A stretch of DNA of 64,000 bases from Octopus vulgaris (lineage: Eukaryota): assembly GCA_951406725.2 (NCBI GenBank), contig OX597814.1, positions 84,258,001-84,322,000 on the forward strand, in the 5' to 3' direction. The position numbers and the translations under genes are program-made. Shown piece after piece: positions 28,344 to 43,335 of the stretch. The notes under the pieces were generated by a model that was not told where the DNA came from, ran no database searches, and worked only from the letters and a program-made list of their open reading frames with translations. Numbering within the stretch: the stretch's first letter is position 1; each line of letters begins with the position of its first letter.

Positions 28344-29671
28344 TTATGTGTGTATGTATGTGTGTATATATTTATACATATACTTATATGCTGTCAATAC
28401 ATGCATGCATACACAATGCACACGCTCACCCGCCCGCAAGTCTTCATGGTATTGTCTATTATGGTAGACTGCGAAAGGAATGTGCTGAGACACAACATCT
28501 ATCTAACAAATTAAAGATGTAGTTCTCAACCATATAGAATAGGAGGGTCGCAGTATAAGATAATGCGAGAAATAAGTTGGTTGAGAGGGTCGAGTAGAAT
28601 GTGAATACTTTTACTTCAAAATATCATTGAGGCTCGACGTTAAAATACATTAAAATTGCTTTTATAAATTATAATATAAATCTGAGAACGTGAATTATAA
28701 ATTTAATAATTAGAGCAGAAAAATTCCTGTCTAGATCTGACCAAAAGGCCAGTAAATACTGGTTATAGAAGGATGTAATTTTGTATCTGAGATCGGGTAT
28801 CAGGTACTTATTGCCACTTTAATCAGGGTGTTGGCTGAAACTATTGAAAACCACTTTATTAACCCTTTGCCTGTCCAAATCATTTTCAAAGTTTGTCCTA
28901 AACGTCCGATATTGTTCTCGGGCTTTTAGTTAGCCCTTGTTTGATACGGTCTGAGTAATATAAAGTTTTCCTTTCATCAGTCGCTAGTTACTCTGGGGAT
29001 TGAAAAAAATTAGGTATGTGTATCGGATATTACACCAGGGAAATATGTCCTGTATATTACATGTTATACATAAGACATGCAAAAGTTTTTAATTTTATCC
29101 GTTATTATTTAGCCCAATGATCAATGGCGCTCCAGTTATGACTCGGCATCCTTCTCGTTAGCTTTATGAATTTACTCTCATTTTTTTTCAAGACAGCACA
29201 GTTTAATTTAAGAGATATCAGCTGTGACCAACACGTCGTTTTAGAGAGATATAACAATAACACATTATCTAATGGTTCCTTTTTGCTAGAGACGACGGTA
29301 AGGCGAGAGCATGAAGAAAATTTGGTTTCTATTTCTGGCAAATCGAATAACCGCGAGATTAAGACATTTATTTACATCATTCTTAGTTTGTTGGGATCTA
29401 AATTTTTATATACCATGCTGAAATTTCTCACTGATCTACAAAATATCGGGGTTATGGGAGAGGCAAATATATGTGTTTTTCACTGAGGGTGAAAGTTCAA
29501 GCTTTAAGATGTCGATAAACGTATTATTATCTTCCAGTTGCTTCCTAAACGACTCTCACCCTTTCATTTCATAGTCGCTTTGATCTAACCGCACTACATC
29601 GAGTTTCTCACTTACAATTAAACCATTTCTTGAATTAATGGCATATATTCGACCGACTCTTTCTCCCCGTC

Positions 29672-29750
<79 letters not shown>

Positions 29751-30090
29751 GCAAGCACATTCCTACACAGAAACACATAAGATACTTGCACACACGTACA
29801 ACACGCACGTATACGCACATAGGCACATGCACAGGACACACACTGTCGATTTTCAACAATACTGGGGTGGGAAAAGAAAATTGATGTTAAATGTGAGTTC
29901 GTCTTATCCTCGAGATTACGAGCTGGAAACTTGTTGGCACAAAGGGAATCTGTATTTCACGGTGGGTGTCTAAAGGAGGTTCAATAACAAATCTTTTGTC
30001 ATTACTTTATGTCAATGTGTATGTGTGCATGAGTGTATATGTGCGAGCATGAGTGCATATAAGTGTGTGTGTATCTATATATGTATTTGT

Positions 30091-30164
<74 letters not shown>

Positions 30165-30547
30165 ATTTATATATATATATATATACAAGCATACAGATAT
30201 ATATGCGTTCTAATATATACATACGTGCGTACATATACATATATATATACATACATACACATACGTGTATATAGGCGAGGGGTGTATTTTTTATATATAT
30301 TTGTGTGTGCATGCATATATATATATGTATATATATTTATGCGTGTATATATATATGTGTGTGTGTGTATTCGTATGTATATATATATATATATGTGTGT
30401 GGTGTGTGTGTGTGTGTGTATATATATATATGTATGTATATATATCTATATATGTATGTAAGTATATATATATATATATACACCTTCTAATATATACATA
30501 CATGCGTACATATACATATATGTATGCATACATGTATACATATGTGT

Positions 30548-30716
<169 letters not shown>

Positions 30717-31369
30717 CCGATAGATACGGTAAATATAAATATTTATCTATCTCACGCACTGGCGTGATATAATCAATGACTTGACCTTTCTTGAACTTTT
30801 CTATCCTTAAAAAGGTGATCATCAGCCATGTTGACTCTCAGGTGTGATGGAAGAAGAGAAAAGAAATTGTGGCGTGCATATGTATTAATCTGTGGATTAG
30901 TGGAATTATTAAAGCGTCGGAAAAAATGCCGAGCAGTATTTTTTCTAGCTATTTAGGGCCCTGGGTTTAAATCATGTGGAAATAACAGCCAAGTACTAGA
31001 GCTGATGTAACTGATTAAACCCTTCCGAACAAAATTGTTGGTCTTGTATCTAAGACTATTAGATTATCTTATATCAATGATTATGAGAAATAATTTAACA
31101 GAGGGAGGTAAATCGGCTGAATCGCTAGTGTTGTCACTGAGACAGAACTTGTGTGTATATATATAAATACACGTTGCTTAATGACTAATGACTAAGTAAA
31201 AAGTACACAATACATGTACAGGATATGGTTTTTCTCTATTGAAATTGAAGTTGAGTGTTTGTCTTAAGACTCGAGTTTCATGCCGCTGCAATCTTCAGGT
31301 GTGCGAAGATCACAATGGTATCTTCACGCTTGTCTCGAGTCACGAGACAAACTCTCAGCTCCAGTTTTA

Positions 31370-31757
31370 ATGAAAACAAATTAGAAAAACTATCCCAACT
31401 ACGTGGTCCTGTGTTCAGTCCTAGTGTGTTGCATCTTGGGCAACTGTCTTCTACTCTAACCTCAGGCCGACCAAAGCCTTGTGAGTGGATTTGGAAGACG
31501 GAAATTGAAAGAAGCCTGTAGTGAGTGTGTGTGTGCGCTCGCGTGTGATTGAATATGCGTTTGTCTCCCATCACTGCTTGACAACTGGTATTGGTGTGTT
31601 TACGTCCCGTACCATTAGCGGCTTTGCAAAAGAAGCCGATATAATGAATACCAGGCTTTGCAAAAAGTAATAAGTAATGGAATCGAATTATTCGACTAAA
31701 ATTCTTCAAGGCGATGCCTGAGCATGGCCGCAGTCTAATGACTAAAACAAGTAAAGG
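31370..31757 (+). mobile_element. SINE (family B)
   Basis: Same body and tail as 26340-26780. Confidence 0.8.
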
Positions 31758-31792
<35 letters not shown>

Positions 31793-31799
31793 ATTGTGT

Positions 31800-32090
31800 G
31801 GAGGCGCAATTGCCCAGTGGTTAGGACAGCGGACTCGCGGTCGTAGGATCGCGGTTTCGATTCCCAGACCGGGCGTTGTGAGAGTTTATTGAGCGAAAAC
31901 ACCAAAAAGCTCCACGAAGCTCCGGCAGGGGCTGGTGATCCCTGCTGTACTCTTTCACCACTCTATCTCTCACTCTTTCGCCTGTTAGCCAGCGGGGTCG
32001 CGTCATTCGAAGGCTAAAACAATGCGAACACGTTGTGACCAGCGATGTGTAGCAACATCTGATGGTCTGGTTGGTCACGTGATCTCGTGA
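31800..32090 (+). mobile_element. tRNA-derived SINE (family C)
   Basis: GGCGCAATTGCCCAGTGGTTAGG (A box)...GGTTTCGATTCC (B box). Head homologous to 33457. Confidence 0.8.
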
Positions 32091-32123
32091 TATATATATA
32101 TATATATATTACATATGCATATA

Positions 32124-32344
32124 CAGGGTTGGCCAAAAGTCACCTGATAGTAATCCAACACCCATTTAATCCCAAGGTATATTGATGTTTGTCAACTGAA
32201 TGAATTTAATAAAAGCATTTAAATATGAAACATGAAAATAGTTCAAACTGAAGTCCTTGAGCGACACATTTTTCCATTTGAGTCAATACAGAATTACAGA
32301 TATGTATAGAATTTTGATTACTGTCGGGTCACTTTTGGCCAACC

Positions 32345-32347
<3 letters not shown>
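32124..32347. mobile_element. Tc1/mariner-type MITE (224 bp)
   Basis: TIRs CAGGGTTGGCCAAAAGT / ACTTTTGGCCAACCCTG, extending imperfectly to ~32 bp, with TA on both sides. Confidence 0.9.
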
Positions 32348-32379
<32 letters not shown>

Positions 32380-32408
32380 CTTACACACACACATAAATTA
32401 TACATATA

Positions 32409-32481
<73 letters not shown>

Positions 32482-32514
32482 CATATATATATGTGTGTGT
32501 ATGTGTGTGTGTGT

Positions 32515-32574
<60 letters not shown>

Positions 32575-32804
32575 CAGAGAGAGATGGCAATCTACTCTGA
32601 GTTTCACTCTTAACTGGGCTGTTCATGACTGCGTGAACAGACCACTTAAGAGTAAATCTCAGAGTAGACAGTTAACTTTGATATATTTTGATATAATAGT
32701 CATGTATCAAGCCACTCTACCCAGCATATTGAGTTGTATACGAGACAATGTTTGCATTATGTAAAATATATTTTTGATATGTTTCACTACTGTTACATTG
32801 TTTG

Positions 32805-32858
<54 letters not shown>

Positions 32859-33412
32859 ACGCATGCGAGTATATGAATGAGTATGTGTGTAAGAATGAGA
32901 GAGAAAATTTTTATTTTATCCTGCATATTTTCAAATAAATATATAGTGTTTCTATTCATAATTCATAACCTTTTTTTTTTAACTATTAAATGTCTTCTTT
33001 TCCAGGGAACCATCACATTGAACGTAGCTGCTTCACCTTGTCAAACGAAGGTGTTTTCCACGTCAAAAGTGTGATACATAATGTTTCTTTTTATTATGTG
33101 TTACTGAAACGCGAATATGTAGTTTTTTAAGAAGTGAAATAGAAAATCTGCTACAAATAAAATGTGTTAAAATAATAATTTTGTATACTACAATTATTAG
33201 ATTTGAATTCCATTAATTAGCTAACAAAACAGAGTTTCAATTTCCGGGCAATACCAGTTTTCCTTCTAGAACAAAAGTCCCCAACATTTTTTTCTTGCAC
33301 CAAGCACTGGTCTCCTGTCAGACAATTTTTCTGCGGACCGGGTGAGCACACGCGTAACAAAACAAAATAAAGTGCAATATATATAATTTAATAATTACTT
33401 ATATAATACATA

Positions 33413-34186
33413 CAAGGTGTTCGGGCTAAATTTGACAGGATGCATAAAAGGAAAAGGAGATGCAATGGCCCAGTGGTTAGGGCAGCGGACTCGCGGACGG
33501 AAGATCGCAGATTCGATTCCGAGACCGGGCGTTGTGTATTTTTATTGAACGAAAACACCTAAAGCTCCACGATGCTCCGACAGGGAGTGATGGCGACCCC
33601 TGTTGTACTCTTTCGCCCCAACTTTCTCTCACTCTCTCTTCCTGTTTCTTGAGTAACGCTGCGATGGACTGGCGTCCCGTCCAGCTGAGGGGAACACATA
33701 CGCCATAGAAACCAGGAAACCGGGCCCATGAGCCTGGCTAGGCTTGAAAAGGGCGCATAAATACAAATAAAAACAAAGGGAAAAGAAAATGCAATATCCT
33801 ATCCAGACATAAAAGTATTTTTAAAAATTAAAAAATATCAACCAGAGCACGGCTGGGAGATAACAGTTCACTCAAAGTAACCACGCTGCGCTTCCACCAC
33901 TGCCTCGAGATGGCTCCGGAAGGGAGCATGTGTTCCTCACTGTGTCCCTGGGAAGATCCCCGAACACCTTGTGTTTGGCCACCTGCTCAGCCTTGGTGTT
34001 ACAGGCAGAGCAACCGATGTTTTTCTCAACTGCGCCTCACACAGGTAACCCATGGTTCCAAATGTGTGAGGCGCAGTTATCTCCCAGCCCTGATCTAGCT
34101 GATATTTTTTTTTATGTTTGGATGGGATATTGTTTTTTTTTATTTTTATTTTTATGAAAACTGTCAAATTTAGCCCGAACACCTTG
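33413..34186. mobile_element. MITE with long inverted ends, interrupted by a family C SINE (33457-33775)
   Basis: Perfect 26-bp TIR CAAGGTGTTCGGGCTAAATTTGACAG; subterminal inverted match GGCTGGGAGATAAC/GTTATCTCCCAGCC. The SINE is flanked by aaaggaaaag / aagggaaaag. Confidence 0.85.
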
Positions 34187-34223
34187 TGTGTATTATTATA
34201 TCTGTAATAATTAAATTATATAT

Positions 34224-34290
<67 letters not shown>

Positions 34291-34944
34291 ACTTTATTTT
34301 GTTTTCTTATGCTTGTGATCTTCCGGTTGGGAGATCTCATAATTGGGGGAATTAGGAGGCCAGAAATTGGGTTCGATGAACTTGTAGAAATTCTTAGACA
34401 ACCACTTCTGACTGTTTCCGGAAGTATAGCAATGAGCCAAATCCTGCTGTCATACATATGGCCTTCTGGCAGCAACCATTCCAGCCAGTCATGATGTTGG
34501 CATTTTGACACCCTACTTGAATCAACATGATACAGGTAACTCTTTTCCAATATTCAGGTGGCTTTCTAGTCCTCCATGTCAGCTAACTTTTTCTCAACTA
34601 CAACTTTTATCTTTATGCTCTCCAACGCCATTGAATGTTCACCAATACATCAAGCTGTTTCTTTAAAAAGTTATCGTCAAATTTATCCCGAACAGCTGTA
34701 TATAATTCAAAAACCATCCTGCAGAATGCGATAATCAATGAAACAATAAAATTTTTTTGATATTTTCTTTTTGTGCAGCCTGGTACTGGAAAGCGTCTCG
34801 CTACTGACTTCGGCTCGCTGGTTGGGAAACCCTGCTCTTGTAAATATCTGAGGGGAAGAGAATTGGGTAAGTAGGGCAAAGTGAGTAATTTCGGAATTCT
34901 TTTTATTTTCTTCCTATTCGTTTGAAACCATTACATTGTATACA

Positions 34945-35330
34945 TATATTAGGAAGAGAACTACTCCAGCCGATCGTGAAGAAGCTATAGAGAATATTTT
35001 ATGTAGAGTTTTTTTTTTTAGATATGATCCTATTTCATTTCACCAGGATATTTTTTTTTTTTTTTTTTTTTTTTGCATTTCTCATCTTTCTTAATGTCTA
35101 AGGATTAATTTTGATGTGTACGAGTCTTTTTCTTTAATGCAATTCTGGAGAACTTAGCTTCTTCTCTTTCACATTTTGTCCCACCTAAATTTACCTTTTC
35201 TATTGCTCAAAGAGAAGGAAAATAATTTTCATGATATAGTGTTCTGAATATTATAATGTTTTTAATGCATTTACAGAAGGTCATTTGCTTAGCTGATATA
35301 GTTTTTGTAAGATTTATATACACAATATAA
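34945..35330 (+). repeat. Dispersed repeat, diverged homologue of 42935-43335
   Basis: Shared ATATTAGGAAGAGA.TACTCCA.C.GATCGTGAAGAA.CTATAGAGAATATTTT and AATGCATTTACAGA.GGTCATTTGCTT blocks. Confidence 0.8.
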
Positions 35331-35689
35331 AATTTTTTCTCAAAGTCAAAATTACAGTAAATATTATTTATTGTACCTCACCCCCAACTCTAACCCTTAA
35401 AAATTGGTGCCTCCGCGAATGTTCCAGAACGAACTATTATTAATTCTCTTCTTCTATTGCTCGAATTTATTCTATTGTGTGAACCTACTGAGATGTAGAG
35501 AAACCTGATATCAGAAAATGAGTGGAGAAGGTTGGGAGGATCTAACCGTACCTCCCAATTAGCTGTCACTTCCCTTTCTCTTAACTTCTTTCTCGGTATC
35601 TCTCATTCACTGTCTCTTTTTTCCTTCTCTCTTCGTCCCCCAAATACCTTCTCTCTTTCACCTTTTCTCTCTGTTTCTCTCCATATATG

Positions 35690-35744
<55 letters not shown>

Positions 35745-36181
35745 GTGTATATGTGTGTGCACGCGCATTTATATGTATATGTACAGAGATATATCTATAT
35801 ACATATACATATATATGTACGCACACTCACACACCACCACCAACAACAACAACAACAATGTGTGTTTTCATCTTTTGCATTTTTCATTCTCTCTTTTTAT
35901 TGTCTCTTTTTCTCTCCTCCTACTACCTCCCCTTCCCTATCCCTATCCTCCCTCTTCTCCTCCTTTCCTATCTCTCTCCTTTTCCAAGTCCATAGGTCAT
36001 TCACTCTCGCTGCCGGCACACCAGCACAATGTATTCAAGGGAGTGAAAAAGAAAAACCTCCCATTTCATATGATTTTCATATCACAAAGTGTTTCTTGTC
36101 TTCTCGTAGGTCATAGTTCAGCGTAACTCTCTAACATGACCATTGGCAAACCCTCACACATGTATATATATATATATTTGT

Positions 36182-36226
<45 letters not shown>

Positions 36227-36886
36227 CACATATATGCAGGTACATACATACACAAGCACACACATACTGACATACGCATACACTATACATACGGTGAAGG
36301 GAATTATACGTTAAAGATTCATTTGACTTGAATGCACTCAACTGACCTGGAAATCAACTGATGTGAGTCTTGGTAAAGGTTGTGATATATGTTGTATGGT
36401 GTGGTGCTATGTTGTTGTGTGGCATTGTATCGAGGATGTAGTGTTTGGTAAGTGTTTGGTTAACAGCGTGCTGAGAGGCTTGTAGTGGTGGTGATGGTGA
36501 TAGTTGTTGTTGTGTAACACTAGGTAAGTTCCCATCGAGTAAGTCTTATTGCTCACAAATATTAGGCCGAACAACATATAGAGCCATCATCCTAGTAATA
36601 TCTTGTCTGCACAGTCCGACATGCAGTGATGAATCGTATGGGATGCAATGTGAGAATCTAGATCTGTTATGTTCTTTCAACTGTGAAGTCTAGTTTTGTA
36701 TGCTTGTAGATTCTGGTGGTGGTCACATTAGAGATTTTCAGGGTCAGAAACTGTAAGTTCGTATACACAATATAAATTTGGCAACCATTACATAGAGTTT
36801 CTTGAAGGGGTGTTTGATATTTTATTGGATAAGTGGATAGCGAGGAGGAAAGTTCAAAGCTTTATTTTAACCGATAATAGTTAGTA

Positions 36887-36913
36887 CTAGCTGTACCCGT
36901 GGAAATTCCATGG
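36887..36913 (-). mobile_element. Helitron-like 3' terminus
   Basis: Minus strand CCATGGAATTTCCACGG hairpin followed by gtacagCTAG|T. Confidence 0.5.
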
Positions 36914-39439
36914 TTATTTTGAAAATTTTATGATGAAATCGTATATTTTTCTGAAACATCTGATTTTTGAGATGTGGAAATCCGCACAGGCATTATTAAA
37001 GGGGCAATCAATCAATCAATCAATCAATCAATATGTCTGTTTGTTTGTCTGTCTGTCTATTTGTCTATCTACCTATCTATCTGAAAAATTTCTGGAAAAA
37101 AAAATGCGTATGCAACAATGAAAAGTTCTGTGCAGTTACTCTTCTTTTCTTGAGAACTATAAAAAAAAAAAAACTTTTTGTGTGTGATGTGTGTATGCTG
37201 TGTGTGTGTGTGTTTTGAATGTTAATGAAAATATGTGCGAGCGTTTGTTTTTTGTTTTGTTTTTTGTTTTTGTTTTTTTGTGTGTGTGGTGGTAGAAACT
37301 GTCGTTTCTAATATGTAGAATGAAGCTGCCCAGCTATCTCCAGATATCTGTAACACTGATTGATTATTTCGCCACAGTTGTCCTTGTAAAGGTCATCCCA
37401 AACAGCAGTAAATATTTCGATCGTATTCCTACAGATGGGTGATTTTAGACCACAAATAATTAGATTGGAGGCCGAAAACATGAAATAGATCAGTAGTAAC
37501 AAACGTTTACAACAACAACAGCAGAAGCAGCAGCAACAACAACAACAACTGGAAGCTAGTGATTCTCAGACTGAAAATACCATGGCTCAAAAAAATGGCG
37601 CAAAAAATATTAGTTAATTTATACACTTCACCACCATCAACAACAACAGCTCCTTATAAATGAGAAAACAAAATAGGGTTTGTAGTCATAATTCTTTTTT
37701 TCTTCACCATAATTATTGGAAAGATTGAAAAGTTTGATTAAGGAAATAATTTTAACCAACACAACTGATTGATTGATTAACCGAATAATTAATTATACAA
37801 TCAATTAGATTGCTTAGATAGCTAACCAATTGAGAAATAATAAAGAAGTGAAATTTAACCAGTGCATGTGTTTATCATTGGCATAATGGCCCTTCCGACA
37901 GCAATATCTTAAACATAGCAATTTGACTTCCCGTTTTTTTTCAGTCCTCGCCAGCCCTCTTAGAGAGGGCTTGGCTCCCATTTGAAAAACACTGCTATAC
38001 GGTCAGTTGACTAGCTAGAAATAATTGCCAGAACCTCCCTCAAAACACACTATACTAAAAGGTTACACAACAACTGGTTCTCTCAGTTACTGTGTGGTTA
38101 TTCTACATAGGATATAAATTCCTGTTCAGCTTGCTAGCTAAACGCGACACCAAGTAATCTCTCAATCATAGTTTAACTATATAAGCTAGAGGCCGATGTT
38201 TGCTCGATATGAGGTGAGATGGATATTTGTTGCTGGAAAAGCTAACAAACAACAATTTCACTGGCATTGTTGGACGACCATCGCCAGCTGCTGATATATT
38301 TCCAAGTTTTTTTTTTTTTACATTATATGTCAATAAAAAATCTTTTCTCAAGATGAATATTATAGTTTAGTAAAGTTTTCAACATATACACACCTAAAGT
38401 ATGTATACAGATCACTAATTTTGAACTCATACAACTTCCATCGTTAATGATGAACTTTTATAAAGTTTCTAGATCTGGTAAATATGAATAAAACCATGAT
38501 TTAATGGAGTGGTTTAACAAGACCAAAGCATACCGGTATTTGCTCACATCAAATCTTTCCTACATAACCTAATTCAACTCTTTTATCAATCGGAATTTCA
38601 AAATTGTTTCCCTTGCCTTTCTTTGCAATAATTATCATTAATACTATCTCTTCTATTGACTACAGGCTTAATTTTAATTGATTAGATTTTTTTTCCTCCC
38701 TTCGTTAAATATTTTATCACCTTCTTATCTTATACCACTTTGTTACAGTAGTTATTTCACATAGCTTAGATATCTCTAGGCTAAAAAAACTTCCCACATA
38801 GCATTAGATCTATTTTGAAATACTTTTATTTAAAAAATTACAAAACTGTCTACATATAGACTCTTATACTGGTTTTTAATTGATGACTATAAGATTAGTC
38901 AGTGTAACAATATCTTAACATTCTAGTGAGGATTTTCAAAGGATTATGTGGATTTTCTTAAATCTGGTGGGATTTCACTAATCTGTAGATGGAGGCCATG
39001 CGATTTCCATAACAATTTTATTGCTTCATAAAAGTATCTAATTTAAAGCTAGATAGGATCCAGCGCTATGCTTTAGATATTTTATTGTGACGCCTAACGG
39101 CGTGAATGAAATATTTTAATGCAGAAAACTCTGCTTCAGAAACAAGAAGCAGAGAGTAGGTGATACAGTTAGAACCATGATAAACACTGTAGACGGTGTA
39201 ATTTATAATAACCAAACTAGAATGCACGCAGAAATTATTTGCCAATAATAAAGAAACAGAACAAGCCAACAAAGGAGTCTCTACGTGGTTGGTGGACATG
39301 GTATAAATAGCAACCAAATCACCTTCAAATCACCTTCTTTAAAAAAGTGAAGGAGGTATTAGATAATGTAGTTCTCGATACACTAGACATGAAAAAAAAT
39401 ATGAAATGTTTATAGTTGGAATATTTTTTATTGCAGGAG

Positions 39440-39642
39440 GGTGGCGAGCTGGCAGAATCGTTAGCACGCCGGGTAAAATGCTTAGCGGCATTTCATCCCG
39501 CTTTACGCTCTGAATTCAAATTCCGCCGAAGTCGACTTCTTTCGGAGTCGATAAAATAAGTAACAGTCGAGCACAGTGCTTGATGTAATCGACTTACCCT
39601 CTACCCCAAACCTGCTGGCTCTTTTCCGAAATTTTAAACCAA
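39440..39642 (+). mobile_element. tRNA-derived SINE (family A; central block resembles the Meta-SINE domain)
   Basis: TGGCAGAATCG A box, GAATTCAAATTCC B box, TTTCGGAGTCGATAAAATAAGTA central block. Many copies in the window. Confidence 0.85.
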
Positions 39643-40743
39643 TGTTGTTGTTGTTGTTTTTCTTATTTTTATCGTAGGTCTACTCCATTAACTTCCAACT
39701 TTTTACCAACCAAGGACTCCTTTTATTTTGAATTTTCTTACGACCTCTCAGGAGTTTGGCAACTCAAAATATTTTAAACTCAATTCATGGACTACCAGCA
39801 TTTTCTTTTTGGAAACCTGGGAGTTTGTGGATTTCAGGTTGAGAAAGTTGGTCAACACAATTCGATAACAATAAAAACATTAAAAAAACACCCTCAGCAT
39901 GGTATAGAAATGCGATGGTGATGCGTGCCGTGTTCTTTGAGCCATTGGTTCGTAGGACTACCACTGAAGACTCAATCATTCGGTTGTGTATCAAGGACAA
40001 AGCAGTCGGGCAGGGGTTATCTCTCTCCAAGCTCTATGCTCTAGAGAAGATTAATTTCAACACAACGATTCAACGAGCTAATAGAATCATTCAACTTTAC
40101 AGTGCTGCTTCGAACATCGACTTATTTCTAGTCTACGTCACTTACTCTGTAACTAAAAGTAAGATCTACATCGTGTTGCTATTGTTGTTTAGCACTCGGT
40201 TAACCCAAACTGAACAATTTCATGCGACCTATTTCTAAGGTCCCGATGAAACCAAATTGAGCAATCCATGTGACCTAATTTTTAATGTGACAGTATGATT
40301 TGAGGAAGATTTAGCTGATATTTTTAGTAGGTCGAACGCCTGCCTAGAGCAGTGAATCCCAAACTTTTCCCTATCAAGGAGCCCTTTTATTTAAATTGAT
40401 TTTCCCACGGATACCTGACTTTAGAAATAGCAGTGTATTTAATCAGCCGATTTTTATTAACTAACAACAAACTAGTTTTCCCAGTTTCATCTCTCAATTG
40501 AAAATATGTGTAAATGAATATCATACATTCTTCATTGCAGCCTTTTAATATTTTGAACGGAGCACGCGGATCCCAGACTGTGAACTGGTGACTTACGGAT
40601 ACTCTCGTTCACTCGTTCGTTTAAAATTAGTTATAGAGACAGATAAAGCTAGGTGAATTGAACATGGGTTCAGAGTTAAGTGTCTTGATCATAGACATGA
40701 CGTCGCGGAGGAGAGAGATGTTTTCCGAAATCTTATCTACCCA

Positions 40744-40815
<72 letters not shown>

Positions 40816-41595
40816 CATCTATCTATCTATCTCTATCACTGATATCTCATTCTAACATTTACTCTTTCAGTTGAAGACAAGTGACGTTGTTGGTCTGTAT
40901 TAACTGCGAATGTTTCCCATTCGTAAACGATATTCCACAGACAGAATGACATAAAATCTTCACCATATGGTGAAAGTGTGTACAGATAAAAGAGAGAAAA
41001 GAGGAAAAGAATAGAAAGAGAAGTGACAGGAAAGGAGTGATGACGTTGTTGTTGCTGATCAAGATGATGATGATGATGACGTTGCCGATGATGACGTTGC
41101 TGCTGCTAATGATGATGATGGTGACGACGACGACGACGACGATAGCGGCGGCGGCGGCGGTTTGGAGTCAGGTCTGTCCTGATACAGCAGACTTATGATG
41201 AAAGACATTCCAACTTTTTTATGAAGCAAATGATATGATTTAAAGAAGATTGTCTAATATTCTTTGCAGATGGAGCGACCGTGTACAGATAGAAGCTCTT
41301 TGCTTTTCTAGTAATCGTGTAGAATGATAGCAACAAGGTGTGAGTGGAATAGATATTAGCAATGTTAAAGAAGAGCAAGGAGAGAAAGAAAAACAGTGGA
41401 GAGATATTAGGGTTATGATTGGTGGAGAAGTAGATGGGTTTGCGAATTGGCAGAGTTTGTCTGTTAGAATACCTGATGGCATATGTTCAGGAATCTGCGT
41501 TTAAATCAGTTTCAGTCGCGCTAAGATTACATTTTGCTGCAGTTCATTCTTTCAGTGTCGATAAATAAAGCACCAGTGCTGAAGTACTGGGATTC

Positions 41596-41666
<71 letters not shown>

Positions 41667-41739
41667 GCTCGCTCTCTCGCTCTCTTTCTCTCTGTGTCTG
41701 TCTATTTGTCTATCTGTTAGTCTCTCTAAGAAGAAGAAG

Positions 41740-41875
41740 AAGAAAAGAATTAGTAGAAGAAGTAGTAGTAGAAGACGAAGAAGAAGAAGAAGAAGAAGAA
41801 GAAGAAGAAGAAGAACAACAACAACAACAACAACAACAGCAGCAGCAACAACAACAACAAGAACAGCAACAAGAT
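41740..41875. repeat. Compound (GAA)n/(GTA)n/(CAA)n trinucleotide repeat
   Basis: Direct observation. Confidence 0.95.
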
Positions 41876-42934
41876 AACAGCTGTGATCGGACGCAGACTT
41901 GTTTTAAAGTCACAACGACTCTCCTACATCTCCAGTGTAATGGTAGTGATGCAGGTAAAAGCAACGGTGGTGGTGGTGGTGGTATGTATGTATGTATTCT
42001 AGTCAAGAATCATAGCAAATGACAAATGAATAACAGTAAACGGTGGGGTGGGGGCAATACCAAAAAGGGGATTCGAAATAACGCCCATATCTGAGGACTC
42101 GAATAGATATTGTATTGGCCAAGCAATGCAATCTTGAGATCTTGTACCTAAGACCAGTCAGTTCTGTTGACAAGTGAGCAGCACAAAACCTGTAGCATAC
42201 TGGAACAGTTGGTTGTGGCTGTACCAATTATAGGTGAAATGGGAAAGGAGGAAATGTTTGTTGGGATTCAAGGAAACCAAAACGAGGCTGACTTGATTCG
42301 GGGAGACTGTGTAATGTCGTAATCTGCATAAACAACGTCAGATTAAATGATACAGTGATACAAAACAATAAAAACGAATTAATCTCCAATGAATAGTTGG
42401 GAATGGTTACGTCTAGAAACTTCCGTTGGTATGTTTTAAAATATTGCAACGTACACTTTTTTTTTTCGGCAAAAACAATATGCATGAGAAAACAAACTAA
42501 AATAAATTATATCTTTTTGTGAGAAAAAGTATAGGGGTGGAGGAAGTAAGTAATTTCTGATTTCTCGTTATTTTCCCCCTGTCTGTTTGAAATTATTATA
42601 TTGCAAGTATCGCATCATCATTTTGTACTGTTGCATCACCTATGGGAGTAAAAATTGGCTACCATAATTGTTGCAGTTGTTGAAGTTGAAAGAGTTTCTA
42701 ACATAGCTGACAAGTCATTTCTTTCAAGAAATTTTTACTCAGCCTTCACTCGATATTAATTATCCTGATAAGTTTTGGTGTTTAACAATCAAAATTATTT
42801 TCTTTATTGAATTCCAAGTCAATTTCTTCCCACACTAATATCCAATTTGATCATTCTCAATTCTCAAAAAGTGATGTGTAAAGCGGATCAAAATGAGTAA
42901 TGACTAATTTCAATAATTCCTTCTCTTGAACAGA

Positions 42935-43335
42935 ATGGTGCGTAAATATATTAGGAAGAGAGTTACTCCATCAGATCGTGAAGAAACTATAGAGAATATT
43001 TTATGCTGAGTTTTTATATTTAGTTGAGTTTCATTAATTTTATATAGTTTTCCCAAGATGCTCTTTCATTTGTCATAGATATTTTAAATTTTTGTTGCAT
43101 TTCTGATCTTCCTAATATCTAAAGGTGAATAGTGATGTATATGAGTCTTTTTTCAAATGCAACTCTGGAATATTTACCTTACTGTGTCTTATTTATTTTA
43201 CTCCACTTAAATTTGTCTTTTATATACTCAAAGAGAACGGTGATAATTTTCTGAAATAGAGTTCTGAATGTTACAGTGTTTTCAATGCATTTACAGATGG
43301 TCATTTGCTTCGCTTATATAGTTTTAATAAGACAA
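42935..43335 (+). mobile_element. Possible pogo-like transposon remnant
   Basis: Starts MVRKYIRKRVTPSDREETIENI, resembling pogo-type HTH N-termini. Second copy at 34945. Confidence 0.4.

Noticed and set aside
31800-31872. tRNA-like sequences with A/B boxes (also 33457, 39440, 26340)
   Set aside because: No complete cloverleaf or poly-T terminator, and each continues into a multi-copy body, so they are SINE heads.
38400-39000. Possible decayed PLE (YVGK- and KIH-like relics on the minus strand)
   Set aside because: Too degenerate to support by eye.
41534-42022. 162-aa ORF with poly-E/poly-Q
   Set aside because: Built from a SINE fragment plus (CT)n, (GAA)n and (CAA)n; no domain.
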